64,000 nt of DNA from Craspedostauros australis (Eukaryota). The stretch covers positions 1 through 64,000 of the forward strand of contig JALAGF010000008.1 of the NCBI GenBank assembly GCA_030167865.1. Reading direction: 5' to 3'. Shown in pieces: positions 23,801-33,879 of this stretch (positions are counted from its first letter, which is position 1; the number at the start of each line of letters is the position of its first letter). Made by a program: the position numbers and the translations under genes. Below the pieces are notes generated by a model. That model did no database searches. It was given only the letters and a program-made list of their open reading frames with translations, and was not told the DNA's origin.

Positions 23801-26020
23801 GCCGCTCGTGTTGCGTGACAGGTTGGGGTGTGTCCGCCGCGACGAGGATGAGGTGGACGTCATGGACTGCAGAGTGGTTTGCATGGGCTGTTGCTCGCGG
23901 CGTTTGGCGGAAGATGACGAATTCACGGATGACGATGAGGATATGTGTGCGTCGTGGCTTCTGCTGTTGTTGCTGGGCATGCTGTTGCTGCTGCTGCCTG
24001 CGCCGTGGTTCGGCCTCGTGTTGTGGCTGGATGACGAGGACAGGGGCTGCGACGTGCTGGATGGATTGGCCGCTGCCTGGCGCATGACGCCCTGACCAAC
24101 TTCGATGGCGGAACAAATCTCGTCGTTGAGGGCGAACAATTCTTCGATGTTGTGGATGGCGTCGGCTTCTTCCAGCGCGTTGGACAGCTTCTGCTGCAGC
24201 CTCGTCTGATCCGTCTTGCACATGCCCACAAGTTCGCGAACGTAGCTGACGTCGACCGACTTCTCGCCGCACGCCAGCAGCAGAGTTCTGTAATTCTCCT
24301 TGGCCACGCTGACGACGTCGTCGGATGAGATGGCTCCTGGCCTCGTGGCGCGGGCGGTCATGATTGGTTTTGAGTCCATGGCGGATCGGGATCTGTCGAG
24401 CGAGCGCATGGGGGAGGAGGATCTTGGTAGCTGCGTGTTTGATTCGGAGACGCTGCGGCCGCCGGCGGATGGGAGGAGGGCGGAGGGTGAGTGATGCTCT
24501 GCCATGCCAATGCGTCTGCTGCGGGATCCTCGTATCGTGGTGCTGCGGATTCCGTTGGCCGATGTGGTGGTGGTGGAATTGGACGAGGGCTGCATGCTGG
24601 CGTTGGATTGGTTGGAGGAGTAGGGCATGGAGCCGCCTGCTGGCGTCGTCAGGCTGTGCGTGCTGGACAAGCTGACGACGCTGCTGGCCGACATGTTGGG
24701 GAGCGAGGTGAGGCTGTGGTGGAGGTGGCTGTTGGCGTTGAGGCCACTGTTGTGGTTGGTGTTGGGAGTGCTGCTGTTGCCATTGCCTTGAGCATTGCCG
24801 TTGATCATGGCGATGTTGTTTGCTGCGGGGCTGGACAAGCGACGTAGCTGTTGCTCCACTTCCTGCAGCTGCGCTGGCGGTGCTGATCTGGCATCCCACT
24901 GAGCTCCTGACGCTGATGAGTCCATGGGTGATACCGACGCGTGCCCTGCGGTGTTTCCATCGTTGCTGTTGTTGTCATTGTTGTTGTTGGTGGCGCTGTT
25001 GTTGTTGTTGTTGTCATTGTTGTTGGGGGAGGACGCACCCCCGGACGATGCCGCGTGGATCGTGGCCGCCATCGCAGCGGGAGACGGCAGACTGCTGTTG
25101 GACGATCGACGCAGATTGAAGTGATCGTTCATGACGGAGTTGGTATCGGCGGGGTCGTCGTCCTCCAGCGACTTCTTCGATTTTCCCGTTCCAAATAACG
25201 TGGTTGGGTTCTTCGCGGGAGCGGATGGCGCGGAATGTGCAGACATGGCGGACGACACGGACGCGGCGTCATTGAACTTGAACGTGGTGGTGGGACCGAA
25301 TGTGGTGGTGCGCTGTTCTCGGCTGGATCTGCCACCGACGCTGCTGCTGCTGCTGGCGATGCCGCTTGCCGCCGTCGAGAGGTTGGACGTGAGCATGGGA
25401 TCGTCTAACTGGTCTAGTTCCGAGATGCCGTAGTAGGGCGACGGCGTCCTTCGACCTGCGCCTGGCTGCGACAGCAGGGACGACGATCCCGGTCTCGCAT
25501 CCGGCGTGGAAAAGTGCACATCCGGCTTGTGAGGCGCGGTACCGTTGGCATCGGACGACGGTCCATGCAGGAGACGCGATCGACGCCCAAAGGTGACCGC
25601 GTTGTGCTCCGGTGCCGACGTGCCTCGCGTGTATCGCGATGGCGCCAGGATGCTGCCTGACTTAATGTGAGCAGGCGAGGCGGACGAGGCTGATGTGGGT
25701 GATACAGAGGAAGGACCGATGGCGGATCTCGTTCGATCGCCGTTCCCGTTGATCCCGCTGCTGCCGGCTTGATCTCCGTATCCCATGTATCCGGCGTACG
25801 CGCCTCCGATCGCTGGCGACGATGATTGTGAGGAGGTGATGGAACCCATCTGCGGAGCGCCTCCGGACGTCGCGGCATGCATGGGAAGGGTGCCGGAGGG
25901 TATGCCGCTGTGCTGCGCATCATGGCCGGCACCGGCTCCGCCTCCCAACGAGTGTGCGGAGGGTGAAGACCCGCCCGGTCTGTCGCCGGCGCCTTGTCGC
26001 TGTCGTCGGAATCTGTTCAT
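17892..26020 (-). CDS. ~2653-aa multidomain protein: disordered N-terminus, GAT-like helix bundle, ARM repeats, RNI-like LRRs, CHAT (caspase-like) domain, P-loop/STAND-like NTPase
   Basis: Exons 26020-22581 and 22413-17892 join in frame (intron GTAAG...TTGCAG, phase 2). LRR motifs LDLSGNKLG, LDLSGNRIG, LDLSRNSL, LNLSGNKF. CHAT motifs LHYSGHG and FVFVSACHSG. NTPase motifs FLGRE...ILGEPGIGRSSLA and LIVFD. Confidence 0.85.
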
Positions 26021-26035
26021 GCTGTGCTACTGCGG

Positions 26036-26080
26036 TACGCCGCTGTACGATGCGCCGCTGTACGATACGCCGCTGTATTG
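26036..26080. repeat. 15-bp tandem repeat x3 just upstream of the CHAT-gene start codon
   Basis: tacgccgctgtacga / tgcgccgctgtacga / tacgccgctgtattg. Confidence 0.8.
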
Positions 26081-27327
26081 CTTCAACAATCCCAGCGCCC
26101 GTTGTCGTTCTCCGTTGTCTGATTTGTGCCTTGCAATGCGTTGCTTCGCCAGTGCTTGATAAGGAGAGTTGCGCTGCTGTGGGCTCTGCTGTGGGCTCTG
26201 CTATATGCACGATGTCTTCTCCGCGTGTTCCTCTGTTCTGTTCAACTCAACTCAACTCGGTGCGACTCAACGCAATGCTATGGTGCGCCGTCGCTATTGC
26301 CGTCGCTGCTGCTGCTGGGCAAAAGAGGTGTCAGGGTGTCGAATGCAAATGAATGAATGCGCGCGCTTGTGATGGGGCTGTACTCGCAACCACCGCTGAT
26401 CGCCTTTTTTGTTGCCGTTCCAGCAACCGACTGCGCTGAGGGACGTTGCTTGTGGACAACGGTTGTGTGGTCTCGTATCGTGCAGCTCGCACTGTGCTAC
26501 TCGTATGGGATGCACTTGGATGTTCCGCAACACCAGCACCTTCTCTCTTTGCGCGCGCTTGCTTCCTTGCTTGCTTGCTTCCTTGCTTGCTTGTGGACCA
26601 AGAATGACTCGCAACCCTGATCTCACTCTCTCTCTCTCTCTCTTTGCTTCCTCTCTCCTTCTCTCTTTGCTTGTGTATCCACAATGTTATATCTTCTGGA
26701 AGTGCTTTTGTGTGTTGACTGTCTCCTCTTGGGGTCACATTGCAACCATCAACTTGAATCAACACAACTCAACCAACAGACGGTATGCTCCACCATCCAC
26801 AGAGGACATGCAAAGCCCTCAATGTTGCTTCCTGTCTTGGTATGCAGCTTCTTACACCAGACGCTGCGTAGCTGTCGTCTTCGTCACAGTCACAAACCGG
26901 TCGATGAACTGCTGCGCGCGAAACAAAAGGCGCTAACGTAGATCCAGAACCCATTTATGACTTCTGCGCAGCCGCGTTCCTTATTTCATACCATGCCGGT
27001 ACGACACTATCAACGACGAATACATCATAAGTGATTTCATGTCGTTCGTGCGTCCTGATGCGCAGACAATATATGCCTTGATTATTACGTAACGTCACTG
27101 ACGAACACAAATTCATTAGCGTGGGCTATTCTGCGGGACCGCCATGCAATGGCTGGTGGTGTGTGGACAGGCACATGCAGATGGACCATCCAGACAGAGC
27201 ACAAGCTGTGCTGTGCAGCTCACTCTGCTCATGCTCTCCGCCAACCGAGAACACTCGTAATCGATCAGTTTCACATGCTAAAGGTTACCAGGAGGACAGA
27301 GAGTTACTCTTTTCGCTGTGGACATCC

Positions 27328-29010
27328 TCACTCTGGCGTGTCTGCATTCGCAGCAACCGGTTGCACAGGAGCCGGCTTCACTAAAACGGCAACATCGTCA
27401 TCCTCCTTCTTCTCTTCCCCTTCATCCGCCTCCGCAACATGGCCTTCCTTCTTGGAGCCGCTTCCATCATCGGCAACGTCATCGACAACATCCCCTTCCT
27501 TCTTCTCGTCTCCAGCTTCTTCACCATCCTTCTTACCACCATCCGCCGCTGCGGCCGCGGAACGATCGCTATCACCCACCACCTGATCCAAGAACGGCAA
27601 CACCACGTTGCGCCCGAACCGCTTCAACCGATCTCCCATACCGCGCTTCGGCGGTTCCTTGCTACTCTCTGCTTCCACCGCCGCATCATCATCGACAACG
27701 CGCACCAACGAATCGCGCGCATTGCGCATCACCTTCTTGGGTCCCTCAAATTCGGTGCCCAGCACGCTGATGCCGCCGACGATCAGGACCTCGCCGAAGG
27801 GCGGGGGCAACGTGGGGATGAAGATCAGACCGACGCCCACCATGGTGCCGCCACCCAGCGCGATGCCGGCGCGTTTGGCTTGTCGCAGCATCTGCTGGCT
27901 GCGCGACAGGATCGTGGGTTGCGTGCGCAGGACGGTGAGGCGCACCATGCGAGATTGGCATCGGCGCAGATGGTCGATGGCTTGCGTTGCGGTCCAGTGC
28001 GAGGCGGCGGCGCCGTTCACGCAGAGGATCAGGTCGTTGTGCTGCAGAAGGCTGGAGGAGAGGACGGCCTTGGGGTCGATGACGCGGACGGCAAGCAAGG
28101 GTGTGCCTTGCGGTTGTTGCGTGTCATCGTCGTCTTTGGCGTTGGCGCTTGTGGTGGATGATTCGGCTGGTTCTGTTGTAGGTTGTTCTTCTTCGGCTTC
28201 GTTTTTCACTGCTGCGCCTTCATCTTTGTTGGTCCCCTCTTCATTGGTGGACGCTGGCTTGTCCTTTCCATCAGCTGCGCCTTCTTCGTTGGTTTCAGTG
28301 CCCTCAGCTCCTTCTTCTCCCTCCTCCTGCTGCGGTTGCTGTTCTTGTGCATCAGCCGCCGCAGGCGCCGCAAGGACACTGTGAAATCCAATGCCCAACC
28401 TCGCATCGATATTGCGTTTCACCACGACTGCTTCATACACATTCGGGTGCACGTTGATCATCTTGGGCTGCGGTTGTTGCTCCTTCTGCTGGTCAACGTC
28501 GTCGCTTTGAGCCTTGGATTCATCGTCTTGATCATCATCATTGGTGATAGCTGTTGCTGCGACTGCCGGCGTGGATGAATCACCATTCAAGTCTTCACAA
28601 TTGGTGGCAAACACCAACGTGATATCACCTTGCAAACCAAGCAACCGCTGCGTGGCGCGTTTCGCATTGCGATACCGCATGCCATTGATGGTCCACAGCA
28701 GATCGCCGACGCGCAGAACCTCGTCTCCCACCAACGGTCCCAGCAAACCATCGTGCGTCAAGGCCGTCACCACGACGCCGTTGATCTTGCAGGTATCGTC
28801 GTCCTGCAGGATGGTGGCGCTGCCCGGATCCAGCGCAATGCCCCATCGTGTCTCCTTGGTCTCCTTGAAGACGCTGACGCTGATCTGGCATGCTCGCATG
28901 GCCGTGACGTTGAGCGGGGCTGGTGATTCTTCTTGCGTTGCGGCGGTGGTTTTCGAAGGTGGCGCAGTCGGTGATGCAGTCGTTGCATTCGGAGAGGTGT
29001 CGGCCGTCAT
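27328..29010 (-). CDS. PDZ-domain protein with a C-terminal PGPGW-like membrane hairpin
   Basis: Two PDZ-like units (RWGIAL...GLLGPL...LRVGDLLWTING; RLGIGF...LLQHNDLILCVNG), then GGTMVGVGLIFIPTLPPPFGEVLIVGGISVLGTEFEGPKK. Confidence 0.75.
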   Translation of the reverse strand: MTADTSPNATTASPTAPPSKTTAATQEESPAPLNVTAMRACQISVSVFKETKETRWGIALDPGSATILQDDDTCKINGVVVTALTHDGLLGPLVGDEVLRVGDLLWTINGMRYRNAKRATQRLLGLQGDITLVFATNCEDLNGDSSTPAVAATAITNDDDQDDESKAQSDDVDQQKEQQPQPKMINVHPNVYEAVVVKRNIDARLGIGFHSVLAAPAAADAQEQQPQQEEGEEGAEGTETNEEGAADGKDKPASTNEEGTNKDEGAAVKNEAEEEQPTTEPAESSTTSANAKDDDDTQQPQGTPLLAVRVIDPKAVLSSSLLQHNDLILCVNGAAASHWTATQAIDHLRRCQSRMVRLTVLRTQPTILSRSQQMLRQAKRAGIALGGGTMVGVGLIFIPTLPPPFGEVLIVGGISVLGTEFEGPKKVMRNARDSLVRVVDDDAAVEAESSKEPPKRGMGDRLKRFGRNVVLPFLDQVVGDSDRSAAAAADGGKKDGEEAGDEKKEGDVVDDVADDGSGSKKEGHVAEADEGEEKKEDDDVAVLVKPAPVQPVAANADTPE

Positions 29011-30495
29011 GTTCGTGCAAGTAGTATAATATTATTGTACTATACTATTCTGCAGTAGTTGCTTGATGGGTGCTGTGCTCTGCAATCCGCTTCAAACTTC
29101 AAGTTGTTGGAATCAGATTGGAATCAGATTGGAGTCTGGTGGAGTGAAGTGGCGTTGCGTTGAGTTGTGAACTTGTGCTCTGATGTGCTACTATTGAGAT
29201 TGACTATTCTGTTGCTGTGTATTCTGTGAGAACGTATGGTACATACTAATACACACACAACAACATCATCGTCATTGTTATCGTCATTGTTGTCGTGTCG
29301 CCTCCACCCACATCTTCGTCTCTCCCTTGATTCCTTCGTTCGTCATTTCTTTCGTTCTCGTTGCTTCCATCGTTCTGCGCCTTGTTTTGTGTTCCTTTTG
29401 TCACGATTGCGCACCGTGTCGTGGAAAACCGCCGAAAAGGGCGATGACCAAACCGATCACTTCTGAAGTACTATCTAGTCTAGAGATAGACACTAGAGCC
29501 TCGGTGTGGAGAGGACTCGAAGTCAGCACTGTCCGTCTTTCGTCCCAAGTGCTTGAGAACTACCGTGCTCTGGAGACTTAAGATAGTCCAAATTGTTCTT
29601 ACTCGTAGAGTTGTGTGAAGTGGAGATTTGAGTACGTACTCTCTCTCTCTCCAGAATACGAGCCACTCATCTGTATTTCGATTCGATTCTGTTGTGTTCA
29701 CTGTCTCGACCCCTCTTGGTGGGCAGATGTGGGCTGCGGAATGGACAACATCGTCGCCGATCGAATGGTGGTTGGACAGAGAGTGCATACGTCCTCTGCT
29801 CTTCTCTACGACCGCGCAAGAGAGAGAGAGAGAGGCGGTCTGGAAGGGTAGATCGTAATTCTGGTCTCTGGTGTCTGGTCTTGGGAACACAGGCGCTCGG
29901 TGTGGTTCGCACAGTACTGGTAAGCATTTGGCGGGTACTGGTGTTCCCATCAACGTCGATGGCTTCACATCAACCAACCAAAACATGACTTACTTGGTCG
30001 AAACTATCAGTCACGTTTCGGCACGGACACCGAGAATGCACGAATGAACCGAAGAGAAGAAGGATGCGATGCCGCTTTCTGACCTCTCTCCTCGTTTCGC
30101 TCATAAAAAGCAGAACCGCACAAACAGTTTCGCGCGCCATTTTTCACAGAAGCGAACACAACACAACCAGAAATTCTCAGTCATCGCTGATTCCCAGGAC
30201 CGACATCACACCACGAGCAGAGAGGTCCCAAACACAAACTCTCCACAAACTTCGACACACAAGAACACCACCTCCATCCACACCCCTCTCGCAGAAAACA
30301 GGAGGGCGAGTTGCACTGCACACGCTCGCAGACACGCACACCACACATCCAGCGTCCTGCCAACACAAGGACACAAAGCCAAAAAAGCACCGACCACAAC
30401 ACTCACAAATTCAACAACAGCAAACAAGCACTCCTACTACCACCAACATTAACACCAACATTAACACCAACATCAACATTAACATCAACACCACC

Positions 30496-30912
30496 ATGAC
30501 ACAGATGCAATTCGTCACGCGCACCATTAGCTCGTTATCGTACGACGACGACACTTTGGACGATGATCTCTCCACATCCGACCACATCATGAGGCAAACC
30601 GAATACCCGACACCACCGTCGCTGCGAGAACAGCACCCATCGCGATGCTCAGATAAGGGCATTGTCAAGCCACTGGCGTACATCACGCACCAGGGCAAGC
30701 GTGCCATCTTGACCAACGCTCTCATCCATCGCGGAATGACGGAGCCCCAGTGGAGGCAGATCGTGAAGCGCATTCGATCTTCCCAGTCCATGCCTTTCGC
30801 TCGATTTTCAGTCGCCATCGCGCTGCGGCGATTGAATCGGACGACGCTGGCCAAGTATGGCTGCGTCGCAGTGATGGAGGAGCAGAAGATTGTGATCTAC
30901 AGAACGAGATGA
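30496..30912 (+). CDS. Small hypothetical protein (138 aa)
   Basis: caccATG preceded by a CA-rich leader like other genes in this window; globular-looking C-terminal half. Confidence 0.55.
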   Translation: MTQMQFVTRTISSLSYDDDTLDDDLSTSDHIMRQTEYPTPPSLREQHPSRCSDKGIVKPLAYITHQGKRAILTNALIHRGMTEPQWRQIVKRIRSSQSMPFARFSVAIALRRLNRTTLAKYGCVAVMEEQKIVIYRTR

Positions 30913-31331
30913 CAGTGACCGAATCACTGTATCGATTCAATTTTTGAGAGACTTCTCTCGAACACATCATATTCATAGCTTGCCAAACAAACGTACTCGT
31001 GGTGTTCCTCGAAGAGAGAGAGAGAGAGCACATAAAGACAATAGGAACCAACTTCTGGATACAAGCACCGCTCCAACAGAGTGGATTCGCGTCGAATAGA
31101 GCATATCGCTTGGTTTTCCCATCTGTTGCTCTTCTCTATCTATGTGTCTGTACAATAACAGCTGTACAATGGCTCTACCCTCACATTCAATGGTTGCACA
31201 CCTCAATAATTACACGCTCCACTTGTAGCTCTTACATATAATAAAATATATAAGAGTTCGAATACTGGTGCCTCTTCATCGTTGCGCACCTTGTTGGTAC
31301 GCCAAATCAATGATGATTGGTCGTCATTTTC

Positions 31332-32817
31332 TCACGCCATACCGAACATCAAAAACAATCCCGACACGACCGTGAGCAATCCAGCTACTTGCACCATCCT
31401 CACGTTGGCTGCCGATTCGCGTTCTTTGCACGATCGACACTGCGGGGTGGCTGTATCCGTCGAGGTTGCATTGTCGCCAACTGCAGTGCCGTTGCCGTCG
31501 TCCATGAGATACTCCATGCGCACAAGCTTGGAACCACGTTGATTGGAGCCATCGCTCGTGACCCACAATCGACCGCAATCATCGAAGGCGACATCGACGG
31601 GACGGAACCCGTCCTCCCACTTGGCATTGGGAGCAACATGCCCCAACAGATCGACGGGCTCCGCACCAGAGACGCGGCCGTCGGAATCCATGGCGACGTA
31701 CACCACCTTGTATCCGGTGGGAATATCGCGATTCCAAGATCCATGATACGCCAGAAAGGCGTAACCGTCCATCCATTGCGGAAAGGCTGTATCCGCGCAT
31801 TGCGATGGCCGATCTGTTTTCCATTCGTAGAATGTGATGCCCAGCGGCGCCGAATGTGCTTGCAGGGCCATGGCCGGTGCGATGTGATCAGTGCGGCACT
31901 GTTCATCGGTGTATCCCTCGTTGAGGAAGGACGGCCAGGCCCATGCCGTGCCGCGACCCTTTGCGACGTCGGCGGATAGCTCGAATTCGGTAAAGCAGTT
32001 TGGGTATCCCCAGTGCATGCCGGCATCATTCTCGGTGAACCGATTCAGTTCGTCAGCCTGTTCATGTCATTTGGGATGTGGTTGGCGTGAGCGTAAGTAT
32101 GGTCTGAATATGGGACAGCGGAGCTGAGCGAGACAGCGGATCGCAACACAGACTACGCACCGGATTATCGTTGTGAATGTCGCCTCCCAGATCTTCACGC
32201 TTGAGATTATCGGCGCTATTCTCGACACCCCACAACACGCCATGCTTATCAAAGGCCATACCCACGATATTGCGCACGCCGTCGGCAAAGACCTCGCCTT
32301 GCTGAAAGTCGTTGTTCTCGTCCTGCAACGCAAACCGCCGTATGCGCGAACGATGCGAGTTGGGATCGACGTTGCCGTTGGAACCGACCGAGACGTAGAG
32401 CCGATCCTGGTCGTCAAAGATGAGAGTGCGCGTCGTGTGTCCCTGCGGGGCTCCGCCCGCTCCATCTTGGTTGATGTTCTGCAGGATGATCTCGGGATCG
32501 CCCAACATGGTTTCAAACTCCTGCAGGGGCCATCGATAGACTTCGCGATCGCGCGAGGCGTAGATGAAATTGTTGTGCACGGCGAGGCCATGGTTGATGT
32601 AGGGCTGTCGCCGCAATACGCGGATCGTATCGGGAATGTCGTCGCCGTCGGTGTCTTCAAAGTACTTGATGGCGCCGCCGTCGCCGCGATCCAGGATCAA
32701 GCCGGATGACGTGCCAATGGGGACGATGGAACGTGCGGATGTGACGGCTATGGGGATCTCGTAGGCGCAGAATCCAGGGTGGATGGCGGCGTTGTTCAAC
32801 GCGATGCAATCGTTCAT
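31332..32817 (-). CDS. PQQ-dependent sugar dehydrogenase beta-propeller (glucose/sorbosone dehydrogenase, AA12-like) with a C-terminal hydrophobic anchor
   Basis: Exons 32817-32161 and 32057-31332 (103-bp GT-AG intron). Motifs: GHTTRTL, LYVSVGSNGNVD, GVRN, LWGVENSAD, HNDNP|ADELN, HWGYPNC, AHSAPLGITF, YHGSWNR, RPVDV. The start may lie further upstream. Confidence 0.88.
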
Positions 32818-33879
32818 GGTTGGGTGTATAGAATCCCAGTATGTAGTATGTATCGCACTGGAGTGCAAGGAGAGTTAGGCAGTATTGGTACTCGTCGATT
32901 GTGCTTGTGTGTGCATAGCAGTGGTGAAGAGATGGAGATGAAGATACCAGAAAATGAGGAGACTGCGTTGTTCGTGTGTTTTCGCAGAATGTCGAGACAC
33001 GTGAATGAGATGGCGAAGAACGTGTCTGATTCCCGAGTCAATCCCATAAATGGCGCGACAATGTTATCCCTAGCATTGGGGCCAGTTCTCTCATGAAAAA
33101 TAATAATTGTTGGCGTACATGTGCCAAGGATAACTGACGTCGGACAAGGATCCTTGTCGCAGGCAACAACAAGAAGAAGGACGATTTTGGATGCTCTCAA
33201 TCAAGCCCATTCTCACAACGATTGACACGCAGACACACGCACAGACAGAGAGGCAACCGATGGGTTTCTTGGTGGTGCGTTGTGTGTGTCCATGTCTTTT
33301 GTTTGTTGTTCTTGTTGTTGATGTCATTCCGTTGCACAAACAGACACCCCATCACACATCCCATAGATCGTAATCCACATACTCTCCTCTCGGTCGACGC
33401 CAACTGGATTGCTTTGGACTGAGGTCGTTGCCATTGCCATTGAGAGCGTTCGGCACGGAACCATACGTACTCTGCGAAAGCCACTGCAGCAGCATCGCGC
33501 AAGTTCGTGGAACGAAACGAAGGAGAACACAGAGATTGGGATTGAGAGGAAGCAAGAAACCGCGATCAACACACAAGATTAGTCCTCCGCAGCCACAAGC
33601 TCGCTCGGCTTGAGTTCAGTTGAGGCCTGTCCCCTTAATCCAGCTGCATCGTATTGCATTGCATCGCAAGGAAGCACACCTTCTCAACATAGCTCGCACA
33701 ACCCCACAGGAGCACTCTGCAGAGCACTCTGAAGTATTGCCTGGTTCTCGTTTTCGGTGGTTCTTTTCACCTTCGCGCGATCTTCCTCAGCCAACCGCAG
33801 CCAACCAAAGGAGGAATTGTTATCCACGCAGATACCAACACGAAGACCAACACGAACACTCACATCGACAGCAGCAACA

